Below are positions 50,970 to 64,000 of a DNA stretch of 64,000 nt, in pieces. A program made the position numbers and the translations under genes. Source of the DNA: an uncultured delta proteobacterium (GTDB lineage Bacteria; Myxococcota; Myxococcia; Myxococcales; Myxococcaceae); contig CAVZMH010000022.1 in assembly GCA_963776345.1 (NCBI GenBank), positions 192,001 to 256,000 of the forward strand, given 5' to 3'. Each line of letters starts with the position of its first letter. The stretch's first letter is position 1. The notes beneath the pieces are model-generated. The model ran no database searches. It was not told the origin of the DNA and was given only the letters and a program-made list of their open reading frames with translations.

Positions 50970-52643
50970 ATGGATCTCCGCTGCGAGCGGTGCAAGACGC
51001 TCTACGAGCTCGACGACGCGCGGGTCTCCGAGGCGGGGACCACCGTGCGCTGCACGAGCTGCGGTCACGTCTTCCGCGTCCGCAAGAAGGTCCTCCTGAT
51101 GACCGAGGCGGTGGGCGCGAGCGGCGAGTTCACGGCCGTGCCCCCGCCGGTCGTCGAGAAGCCGGCCTGGCGGGTCCGGAGCCCGAGCGGGCGGGTCATC
51201 GCCTTTCGCGAGCTGACGTCGATGCAGAAGTGGATCGTGGAGCGGAAGTTCGCCCGCGACGACGAGATCAGCCTCCAGGGCGACACCTGGAAGCGTCTGG
51301 GGGACATCGCCGAGCTCCAGCCCTTCTTCCTGCTGCTCGAAGAGGTGGACCGCATCCATGCGCTGGAGGAGCGGCTGCACCGCGCCGGGCTGGCGGACGA
51401 GGCTCCCGAGCCGGAGCCGGGCGCGCCCCCCGGGGCCACCCCACCCGAGGGGGGCCGTCCCGCCCGGACGCCCATCCAGCTGGACACGCCCCTCGACCCG
51501 GAGCCGGCCGCGTCGAGCTCCGACCCGCGCCTGCCGGCCTCCGAGCCCACCGAGCCGCTCGCTGCTTCCGACCGCCCCACCGAGCCGCTCGCCGCTCCCG
51601 ACCGCCCCACCGAGCCGCTCGGTGTTCCCGACCGCCCCACCGAGCCGCTCGCCGTTCCCGACCGCCCCACCGAGCCTGCGCGCGCCGGGACCCCGGCTGC
51701 CTTCTCGCTCGCGGACATCGGCGAGGCGAGCCTGCCCTCGCCGGACGACCTCATCCTGGACGGCACGGTCGAGCCCAAGGGCCGGGCGGACGAGGCGGAT
51801 CAGCCTGCCGGCCTCGGCGTCGACCCGGGTGTGGTGGACGACTGGGGCGAGTCGCCGGAGCGTGCCAGCAAGGCCCCCTGGGTCGCCGTGGTGCTGACCG
51901 TCGCCGGCACCGCGGTCGCCGCCGCGGCCTACTTCCAGATCTGGGTCCCGGCACAGGAGGACAAGATCCGACATGCGGCGGACCGGGTCCGCATCGAGCA
52001 GTCGGAGAAGGCGCGGGCCCTGGAGGACGCCGACGTCCAGGAACGCGAGCGCCGGGCCAAGGAGGAGCTGCTGGCCGGGATGGCTGGCCGGGCGGATGCC
52101 GGCGCCACCACGCCCGCGGGCACGGCGGCCGATGCTGGGACCGGGGCCAGCGCCGACCCCGAGCCTCGCCGCGGCTCCGTCGACCCGGGCAAGCCTGCCA
52201 CCACCATGCAGGCCAGCATGACCGCCACGATCCCTGCCGGCGCTCCGCTCCGCTCCCGCCCGGCCCCGCCCCCCGAGGCCCGGGCACGCACCTTCGAGGA
52301 CTGGATGGCCCAGGGCGACCGCGAGCGGGCTCACGCGCGGGCCCGGTCCGCCCTCGACGCCTACCAGCGCGCCATCGCCCTGCAGCCTGCCCGGCCGGAG
52401 GCCCACCTGGCGCGGGGCATCGCGCTGCTCGACCTCGGCGATCCCCGCTCGGCGGTCAGGGCGTTCCGGCGCACCCTGGAGGTGAATCCGCGGTACTCAG
52501 TGGCCGATTTCTGGCTCGGCGAGGCATACCGCCGCGCGGGCCAGGCCCCGGAAGCCGTCGAGGCGTACGGCCGTTATCTGGAGGCTGCACCCGAGGGCGC
52601 CGAGGCGGCACGGGCGCGACAGGCCTTGAACGGCCTTCAGTGA
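50970..52643 (+). CDS. Zinc-ribbon (MJ0042-like) + GYF-like + TM + TPR protein
   Basis: CERC...CTSCGHVF, WIVERK...ISLQGDTWKRLG, a single TM and C-terminal TPRs. Confidence 0.82.
   Translation: MDLRCERCKTLYELDDARVSEAGTTVRCTSCGHVFRVRKKVLLMTEAVGASGEFTAVPPPVVEKPAWRVRSPSGRVIAFRELTSMQKWIVERKFARDDEISLQGDTWKRLGDIAELQPFFLLLEEVDRIHALEERLHRAGLADEAPEPEPGAPPGATPPEGGRPARTPIQLDTPLDPEPAASSSDPRLPASEPTEPLAASDRPTEPLAAPDRPTEPLGVPDRPTEPLAVPDRPTEPARAGTPAAFSLADIGEASLPSPDDLILDGTVEPKGRADEADQPAGLGVDPGVVDDWGESPERASKAPWVAVVLTVAGTAVAAAAYFQIWVPAQEDKIRHAADRVRIEQSEKARALEDADVQERERRAKEELLAGMAGRADAGATTPAGTAADAGTGASADPEPRRGSVDPGKPATTMQASMTATIPAGAPLRSRPAPPPEARARTFEDWMAQGDRERAHARARSALDAYQRAIALQPARPEAHLARGIALLDLGDPRSAVRAFRRTLEVNPRYSVADFWLGEAYRRAGQAPEAVEAYGRYLEAAPEGAEAARARQALNGLQ
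51546..51676 (+). repeat. In-frame 30-bp tandem repeat (~4.4 copies; DRPTEPLxxP)
   Basis: CCCACCGAGCC recurs at 51546, 51576, 51606, 51636 and 51666. Confidence 0.9.
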
Positions 52644-52664
52644 TCGGGGCAGAAGGGAAGAACC

Positions 52665-52991
52665 ATGCTCGACAAGCCTTCCAAGGACGAGGACGAGTAC
52701 TTCGCCCGCGAGGACGTGGAGAAGAAGCGGAAGCTCGCGTTCCAGCAGGCGCAGGTGATGGCCGAGCAACAGCAGGAGGCGCTCCGGACGCTCCACTACA
52801 TGAAGTGCCCCAAGTGCGGCTTCGACCTGCACACCCTGAAGCTGGGCCAGGTGGAGATCGACACCTGCTTCAACTGCAAGGGGGTGTGGTTCGACGCCGG
52901 CGAGCTCGAGCACTTCCAGCGAGAGGTGAAGAAGCCCGAGCAGAAGAACGCCGTGCTGGGGGCCATCCTCAACCTGTTCAAGAACGACTGA
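52665..52991 (+). CDS. zf-TFIIB domain small protein
   Basis: EDEYFARE, KCPKCG and IDTCFNCKGVWFDAGEL motifs. Confidence 0.85.
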   Translation: MLDKPSKDEDEYFAREDVEKKRKLAFQQAQVMAEQQQEALRTLHYMKCPKCGFDLHTLKLGQVEIDTCFNCKGVWFDAGELEHFQREVKKPEQKNAVLGAILNLFKND

Positions 52992-52993
52992 CC

Positions 52994-53281
52994 ATGTCGC
53001 TCACCCTGGAAGAGGTCCGGCACGTGGCCGGGCTGGCCCGGCTCTCGCTCTCCGCCGAGGAGGAGGCGCTGATGCGGACCCAGCTCAGCGCCATCCTCGA
53101 CGCGGTGGCCGAGCTGTCGCGGGTGGACACCTCCAGCGTCGAGCCCACCTCGCACGCCGCGGGCGAGGTCGCTCCGTGGCGCGCCGACGAGGTGCGCCCG
53201 TCGTTCCCGCCGGAGAAGGCGCTGGCCAACGCCCCCGCGAAGGTCGGGACGAGCTTTGCCGTGCCCCGCATCATCGAATAG
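52994..53281 (+). CDS. gatC: Asp/Glu-tRNA amidotransferase subunit C
   Basis: [21 protein letters not shown] and FAVPRIIE motifs. Confidence 0.95.
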   Translation: MSLTLEEVRHVAGLARLSLSAEEEALMRTQLSAILDAVAELSRVDTSSVEPTSHAAGEVAPWRADEVRPSFPPEKALANAPAKVGTSFAVPRIIE

Positions 53282-53288
53282 CGACGCG

Positions 53289-54757
<1,469 letters not shown>

Positions 54758-54761
<4 letters not shown>

Positions 54762-56200
54762 GCGTGTCCGACTTCCAGCCGGTCATCGGTCTCGAGGTGC
54801 ACGCGCAGCTCCTCACCCGGAGCAAGATCTTCTGCGGCTGCTCCACCGAGTTCGGCGCGCCGCCCAACGCGCACACCTGCGCGGTGTGCCTGGGCATGCC
54901 CGGCGTGCTCCCGGTGCTCAACGAGAAGGTGGTGGAGTTCGCCGTGCGGACGGGCCGGGCGCTGGAGTGCCGCATCAACCCGGTCAGCATCTGGTCGCGG
55001 AAGAACTACTTCTACCCGGACCTTCCGAAGGGCTACCAGATCAGCCAGTACGATCAGCCGCTCTGCGAGCATGGCGCGCTGGAGATCGACGGTGAGGACG
55101 GCCCGCGGCGGATCCGGATCCGCCGCATCCATCTCGAGGAGGACGCCGGGAAGAACGTCCACGACGCGGGCGGGGGCGAGAGCCTGGTGGACCTCAACCG
55201 CTCGGGCGTGCCGCTGGTGGAGATCGTCAGTGAGCCGGACATCCGCTCCAGCGCCGAGGCCGCCGAGTACATGAAGGCGCTGCGCGACGTGCTGGTCTAC
55301 CTGGGGGTCAACGACGGCAACCTGGAGGAGGGCAGCTTCCGCTGCGACGCCAACGTCTCGGTGATGCGCAAGGGCGCGACCCAGTACGGGCAGCGGGCGG
55401 AGCTGAAGAACATCAACTCCTTCCGCTTCGTGCAGAAGGCCATCGACTACGAGATCGGCCGGCAAGTGGAGCTGATCGAGTCCGGCGGGAAGGTGGCCCA
55501 GGAGACCCGGCTGTTCGACGCCGTCCGGGGCGAGACGCGGAGCATGCGCAGCAAGGAAGAGGCGCACGACTACCGCTACTTCCCCGAGCCCGATCTCCCG
55601 CCGCTGCGCATCCCGGCGGGGTACGTCGAGCGCATCGAGCGCGACCTGCCCGAGCTGCCGCGGGCCAGGCTGCACCGGTTCACGGCGAGCTACGGGCTCC
55701 CGGCCTACGACGCGAAGATCCTGGTCGGCGACCGGGCGCTGGCGGACTTCTTCGAGAAGGTGCAGTCCGCGTACGGCGGGCCGGCGAAGAAGCTGGCCAA
55801 CTGGTTCACCGGCGAGCTGCTCCGGCTCCTCAGGGAGGAGTCGACCGAGCTGGGGGCGCTGAAGTTCTCGCCCGATCAGTTCGCGGCGTTGCTCAAGCTG
55901 GTCGACGCAGGGGAGCTGTCGAACAACGCGGCGAAGGACGTGTTCGCCGAGATGTTCCGCTCGGGCCGCGCGCCCAAGGACATCGCCCAGGAGAAGGGGC
56001 TGAGCCAGGTCCAGGACTCGGGCGCCGTGGAGGCGGCAGTGGATGCCGTGCTGGTGGCGAACCCCGGCGAGGTGGAGAAGTACCGGGCCGGCAAGAAGCA
56101 AGTGCTCGGATTCCTGGTGGGCCAGGTGATGAAGGCGATGAAGGGGAAGGGGAACCCCGCCCTGGTGAACGCCGCGCTGAAATCCAAGCTCGGCGACTGA
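54758..56200 (+). CDS. gatB: Asp/Glu-tRNA amidotransferase subunit B
   Basis: [23 protein letters not shown] and [10 protein letters not shown] motifs. Confidence 0.97.
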
Positions 56201-56232
56201 CGCCCGGAGGGGAAAGCGGGCGTCAGTCGCCG
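56191..56232. terminator. Perfect 16-bp stem-loop spanning the gatB stop, between convergent genes
   Basis: CGGCGACTGACGCCCG, a 10-nt loop, then CGGGCGTCAGTCGCCG; no U-tract. Confidence 0.6.
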
Positions 56233-56262
56233 CCGGGGCGCGTGTCCGGCGCGCGCCCTCGG

Positions 56263-56619
56263 CTACTTGTGGAAGGCGAACTGGTGGGTGTGGACGTGGC
56301 CCGGCGTCTCGTCCTCGGACGTGGTCTTGGTGACCGTGTTCCCGGCCTGGATCGAATCGAGGTCGGCCTCCGTCAGGGAGACCGTGTGGGTGTGACTCTG
56401 GTCGAGAGAGGTCGTCTTGGTCGCTCCCCCGACGGGCGGAGCGCTGATGTCGGTCAGCAGCAGGCTCGCCGTATGGGTGTGGCCGTCGTCGGAGGACGAG
56501 GTGAAGGACAGCGAGTTGGGGTTGCCCCCGCTGTCGCTGCCGCAAGCCATCAGGATCCGAGAGGCGGGGATGGCGAGGAGGATCCCCCCGATCCGGAAGA
56601 TGACCTCACGACGATTCAT
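56263..56619 (-). CDS. Small Tat-type lipoprotein with three HxH motifs
   Basis: MNRREVI twin-arginine motif, ILMAC lipobox and GHTHT / SHTHT / GHVHTH. Confidence 0.8.
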   Translation of the reverse strand: MNRREVIFRIGGILLAIPASRILMACGSDSGGNPNSLSFTSSSDDGHTHTASLLLTDISAPPVGGATKTTSLDQSHTHTVSLTEADLDSIQAGNTVTKTTSEDETPGHVHTHQFAFHK

Positions 56620-56726
56620 CGAGAGCATGTCCGGAGGACCCTGGACGTGCCGAACGTTGCGAAGCGGCGGTGGGTTGCCGGGTTCTGGACCCCGCGGGGC
56701 GAGCGTGTCCGCCAGTCGGCTCCGCC

Positions 56727-56755
56727 TTGACTTCCGGGGGGTTGCGGGCTATCCG
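56727..56755 (+). promoter_or_regulatory. Putative sigma70 promoter of rplU-rpmA-obgE
   Basis: TTGACT-N17-TATCCG ending 32 nt before the rplU ATG. Confidence 0.45.
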
Positions 56756-56787
56756 TCCGGCCCTTTCACACCAGGGGCAGGTCCAAG

Positions 56788-57096
56788 ATGTACGCAGTCA
56801 TCCGCACCGGCGGCAAGCAGTACCGCGTGGCCGAGGGCGACGTGGTCCGCATCGAGAAGGTTCCCGGCGAGGTCGGCAGCGAGGTCACCTTCGCCGAGGT
56901 GCTCTGGCTGGGCGGGACGGAGTCCCCCAAGGCCGGCCGCCCGCTCGTCAGCGGGGCCAAGGTGGTGGGGAAGATCCTCGCCCAGGACAAGTACCGCCGC
57001 GTCCTGCACTTCCGGAAGGAGAAGGAAGGCTGGACGCGGAGCAGGGGGCACCGGCAGCCCTACACCGAAGTGAAGGTCGTCTCGGTCGCGGGCTGA
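56788..57096 (+). CDS. rplU: 50S ribosomal protein L21
   Basis: [14 protein letters not shown]...GHRQPYT. Confidence 0.97.
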   Translation: MYAVIRTGGKQYRVAEGDVVRIEKVPGEVGSEVTFAEVLWLGGTESPKAGRPLVSGAKVVGKILAQDKYRRVLHFRKEKEGWTRSRGHRQPYTEVKVVSVAG

Positions 57097-57121
57097 ACCG
57101 CCGGCCGCTAGGAATCACACC

Positions 57122-59522
<2,401 letters not shown>

Positions 59523-59541
59523 GCCGCGCGGGCCCGAAGCC

Positions 59542-59594
59542 GATGCCCTCGGAATGCATGTCTCCGGCAGGATGACACGCACTCCGAAGGCATC
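59542..59594 (-). other. Long RNA stem-loop in the 3' region of the ferritin-like gene
   Basis: 24-position stem with one bulge. All three plus-strand mismatches are A/C, which become G-U pairs on the minus strand. Confidence 0.6.
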
Positions 59595-59625
59595 CGTGCC
59601 GTCCTTCACGGACTGCTCAGCCGGC

Positions 59626-60573
59626 TCAGCCGACGATCGGGGCGAGAGCCTTGGTCACTCGCTCAACCTGTGCCGGGGTGATCATCCCGGTGAGCAGCTT
59701 GAGGAAGCGCGGGTGCTGCGCGCCGGAGATGATGTACTGCCAGCGGTAGGCGCGGAGCACCCGGTCGGAGAGCTGCGCGACCTGCCCGGCGTCGAAGCTG
59801 CCCTCGGCGATCTTCCGGAAGTACGACACGTCGGCCGCCGCCTGCGCCTGGAGGATGCCGTCCACCGCGCCGACCAGGGCGATGAAGTCGTCGACGGCGC
59901 GGTCGCGCTCGGCAGGCGTGAGGGTCCGATCCGCCCGGGTCCACTCCAGCTCGTCGAGGATCGCGTGCTGCGACTCGTCCTTCCAGTGGAACAGGAACAC
60001 GTCCTTGTACAGCGGGGAGACGGACGCGTCGGGCTGGATGGACTCGAGGTAGTGGGCCTGGACGAAGAGCTCGATGTGGCAGGTGAGGGCCAGCACCGCC
60101 CAGGTCGACTTGCCGAGGACCACCGAGGCCACCTCGTCCGGGTTCGGGACGAAGGCGTAGCCCTCCGGCATCCTCTCGCCGATCATCTTCTCGATCCGGC
60201 GGAACATCTCCTGGTGCTTCAGCTCCTCCTGGCTGAATCCCACCAGCGCCTCGAGCGCCACCTGGTCCCCCAGCCAGTACCCGCGGGAGAGCTCCAGCAC
60301 CTTGGCATTGATGAACCGCTCCACCAGACCGAAGACGTTGGCGTAGGTGCGGCCCTGGATCTGGCTCAGCAGCCGGCGGTCACCGGCGCCGAGAAACTCG
60401 AGCCGGCTCACCATCGAGAGCCCGTCGGGCAGGAAGTGGCCGGAGAAGTCGAACTCCCGTCCCCGGAACACGTCCCGGTCGACGTCCCAGCGGACGCGGC
60501 GGGAGTTCTCGATGCAGCGGGCGTAACGGCGATCGGCGGTCGACTCGATGAGGGTATGCGCTTCGGTCTGCAT
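59626..60573 (-). CDS. Ferritin-like di-iron protein (AurF/oxygenase-like)
   Basis: RVRWD, GLVERFI, EELKH, HIELFVQAHY and DESQH motifs. AGGAAG precedes ATG60573. Confidence 0.8.
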   Translation of the reverse strand: MQTEAHTLIESTADRRYARCIENSRRVRWDVDRDVFRGREFDFSGHFLPDGLSMVSRLEFLGAGDRRLLSQIQGRTYANVFGLVERFINAKVLELSRGYWLGDQVALEALVGFSQEELKHQEMFRRIEKMIGERMPEGYAFVPNPDEVASVVLGKSTWAVLALTCHIELFVQAHYLESIQPDASVSPLYKDVFLFHWKDESQHAILDELEWTRADRTLTPAERDRAVDDFIALVGAVDGILQAQAAADVSYFRKIAEGSFDAGQVAQLSDRVLRAYRWQYIISGAQHPRFLKLLTGMITPAQVERVTKALAPIVG

Positions 60574-60632
60574 GCTCTTCCTTCTTGTGTGGGTTGGCGC
60601 GCGGCAGGAGCGCCGGCGTGGCGCCACCGAAG

Positions 60633-60648
60633 AGCAGTGGACGTGCCA
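60633..60648 (-). promoter_or_regulatory. Sigma54 (-24/-12) promoter
   Basis: The minus strand reads TGGCACG-TCCA-CTGCT with exact spacing, next to a sigma54 activator gene. Confidence 0.8.
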
Positions 60649-60702
60649 TGGGGTGGCGAGCCGGAAGTCCTCGATTTCCGGCCGGCAGCCGTCCCGGGCC
60701 CG

Positions 60703-60735
60703 TCACGAGATCTCGCCGCTTCACGAGATCTCGTG
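60703..60735. promoter_or_regulatory. Tandem palindromic upstream activator sites
   Basis: TCACGAGATCTCG at 60703 and 60721 (18-bp period). The second extends to the perfect palindrome CACGAGATCTCGTG. Confidence 0.7.
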
Positions 60736-60793
60736 GCGAGGCGTTGCGTCCCGGTCAACGAGACCGCGAGTGATGCGCCGCTCCGGCGCTCGC

Positions 60794-62719
<1,926 letters not shown>

Positions 62720-62787
62720 GGTTGCATACTGCCACGGGCCCGCGCGGGGAGGCCACCCGCGCAAGGCCGGGCGCTCGAGGGGCACGG

Positions 62788-63360
62788 CTACATCTTCTTG
62801 CAGTGGTCCTCGCCCATCTTCTGCCAGGCGCCCTTGTTGTCGATCTCGCTCACCACGGTCATCTCTTTCGAACCCTTGCGGGTGACGGTGGTCCGGGTCT
62901 TGGCGGGCTGCCCCATCATCGCCCCCTCCTCCGCCCAGACCACGGTATCGACCTTCTGCCCATCCGAGGTTCCTGACCAGGTGCTGCCCACGTTGTCGAA
63001 GCCGAACTCGACCAGCTTGCCCTTCGCATCGTCCCAGCCCCAGTGGATGTGGCCCTTCATGCCGGCAGGCATCGCGGCGTTCTTCTCCATCTTGAAGCTG
63101 CCGGAGTAGGCGAAACCGTCCAGCTCGGGCGCGATCTTCATCTCGGACTTGGTCTTGATCTGCGTTCCGGGTGACTGCGGGTTGTCCATGCTCCCCGTGC
63201 AGCTCCAGGTTCCGCTCAGGTCCTTGAAGGCCTCGACCAGGGCGGGATTGGGCTTGGGCTGGGGCGGTTTGGCTGGCGCGGCGGACTTTCCAGACTCCTG
63301 GGCGAGAGCAGGAACGGAGAGGGCGAAGGCGAGAACGGCGAGGCGACGGGTCAGACCCAT
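62788..63360 (-). CDS. Secreted beta-barrel protein (DUF1579-like)
   Basis: Signal peptide ending ALA, LSGTWSCTG and WGWDD...FDNVG. AGGAGG RBS. Confidence 0.75.
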   Translation of the reverse strand: MGLTRRLAVLAFALSVPALAQESGKSAAPAKPPQPKPNPALVEAFKDLSGTWSCTGSMDNPQSPGTQIKTKSEMKIAPELDGFAYSGSFKMEKNAAMPAGMKGHIHWGWDDAKGKLVEFGFDNVGSTWSGTSDGQKVDTVVWAEEGAMMGQPAKTRTTVTRKGSKEMTVVSEIDNKGAWQKMGEDHCKKM

Positions 63361-63474
63361 GACTTCCTCCTGGCGGTGAAAGCGTGGAGAGGCTGCCACT
63401 CCCGCGGCCGGCCGGGAACTGAATCCCGGTCCGGGACTGGACGTCGGAGCCTCTGCATGGCACGGCTGCACTCC

Positions 63475-64000
63475 ATGTCACTGTTCCCCTTGCTCCTCGT
63501 GGTCGCCGCCGCCCCCGCCACCGCCGCGGAGCGTCCGATGGCGCCCGAGGTCAAGGCGCTGGTGGAGCGGATGCAGGGCTTCTACGAGCGCACCCAGGAC
63601 TTCACCGCCGACTTCAGGCAGGAGTACCTCTACAAGACGTTCAACCGGACCGTGGTCTCGACCGGGACGGTTGCCTTCCAGAAGCCGGCGAAGATGCGCT
63701 GGGAGTACCTGACGCCCTCGAAGCGGACCTTCGTCCTCTCCGGGGAGCGGATCTACGCGCTGGACCCCGAGGCGCAGACCCTCACCAAGGCCGCGCTTCC
63801 CACCAGCCAGCTCTCGGCGTCGGTGACGTTTCTCTGGGGAAAGGGGAAGCTCGCCGACGAGTTCGACATCTCGCGGACGGAGTGCAAGGAATGCCTGGGC
63901 ACGCTGCTCACCCTGGTGCCGAAGAAGCCCGACGCGCGCTTCCGCGAGGTCCAGCTGGACATCGATCCGAAGACTGCCCAGGTCCGCCGGAGCATCGTCA
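63475..64000 (+). CDS. lolA: Outer-membrane lipoprotein carrier LolA, 3'-truncated by the window edge
   Basis: Not in the ORF track because it has no stop in the window. Translates as MSLFPLLLVVAAAP...QDFTADFRQ...GTVAFQKPAKMRWEY. Confidence 0.85.
   Translation, partial: MSLFPLLLVVAAAPATAAERPMAPEVKALVERMQGFYERTQDFTADFRQEYLYKTFNRTVVSTGTVAFQKPAKMRWEYLTPSKRTFVLSGERIYALDPEAQTLTKAALPTSQLSASVTFLWGKGKLADEFDISRTECKECLGTLLTLVPKKPDARFREVQLDIDPKTAQVRRSIV

Noticed and set aside
51546..51676. CRISPR-like periodic repeat
   Set aside because: It is an in-frame coding repeat with a 30-bp period and no spacers.
63458..63473. Sigma54 promoter (TGGCACG) before lolA
   Set aside because: There is no GC at the -12 position.

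Overview
This is a very GC-rich, gene-dense window from a myxobacterium (Myxococcales-like). It is mostly core chromosome: priA, def, nth, ltaE, pssA-cinA, a RecA1-type recA, comM, an exbD-exbD-exbB-tonB / oar-like TonB-dependent transporter / mlpA-like locus, plsY, ftsK, gatCAB, rplU-rpmA-obgE, a TrmH-family methyltransferase and lolA. From memory, this order resembles the Myxococcus xanthus oar-ftsK-obg region; I could not check that by alignment. At least eight genes, including essential obgE, carry small indels that I read as long-read assembly errors rather than pseudogenes. I see no rRNA, tRNA, CRISPR array, transposase or phage gene, and no complete new multi-gene system I can defend. 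The best leads are small. (i) A GGTGTnnnACACC palindrome family brackets a two-methyltransferase block and also sits between two duplicated Rid genes. (ii) A 92-bp TA-flanked element looks like an IS630-type MITE inserted at the CTAG centre of a palindrome. (iii) A self-contained sigma54 module comprises a GAF-PAS-AAA+ activator, tandem CGAGATCTCG sites, a -24/-12 promoter, a di-iron ferritin-like gene and a strand-specific 3' RNA stem. (iv) Several proteins look like pseudo-enzymes, alongside an orphan PD-(D/E)XK protein and a His-rich Tat lipoprotein. All family assignments come from motif recognition; no database searches were run.
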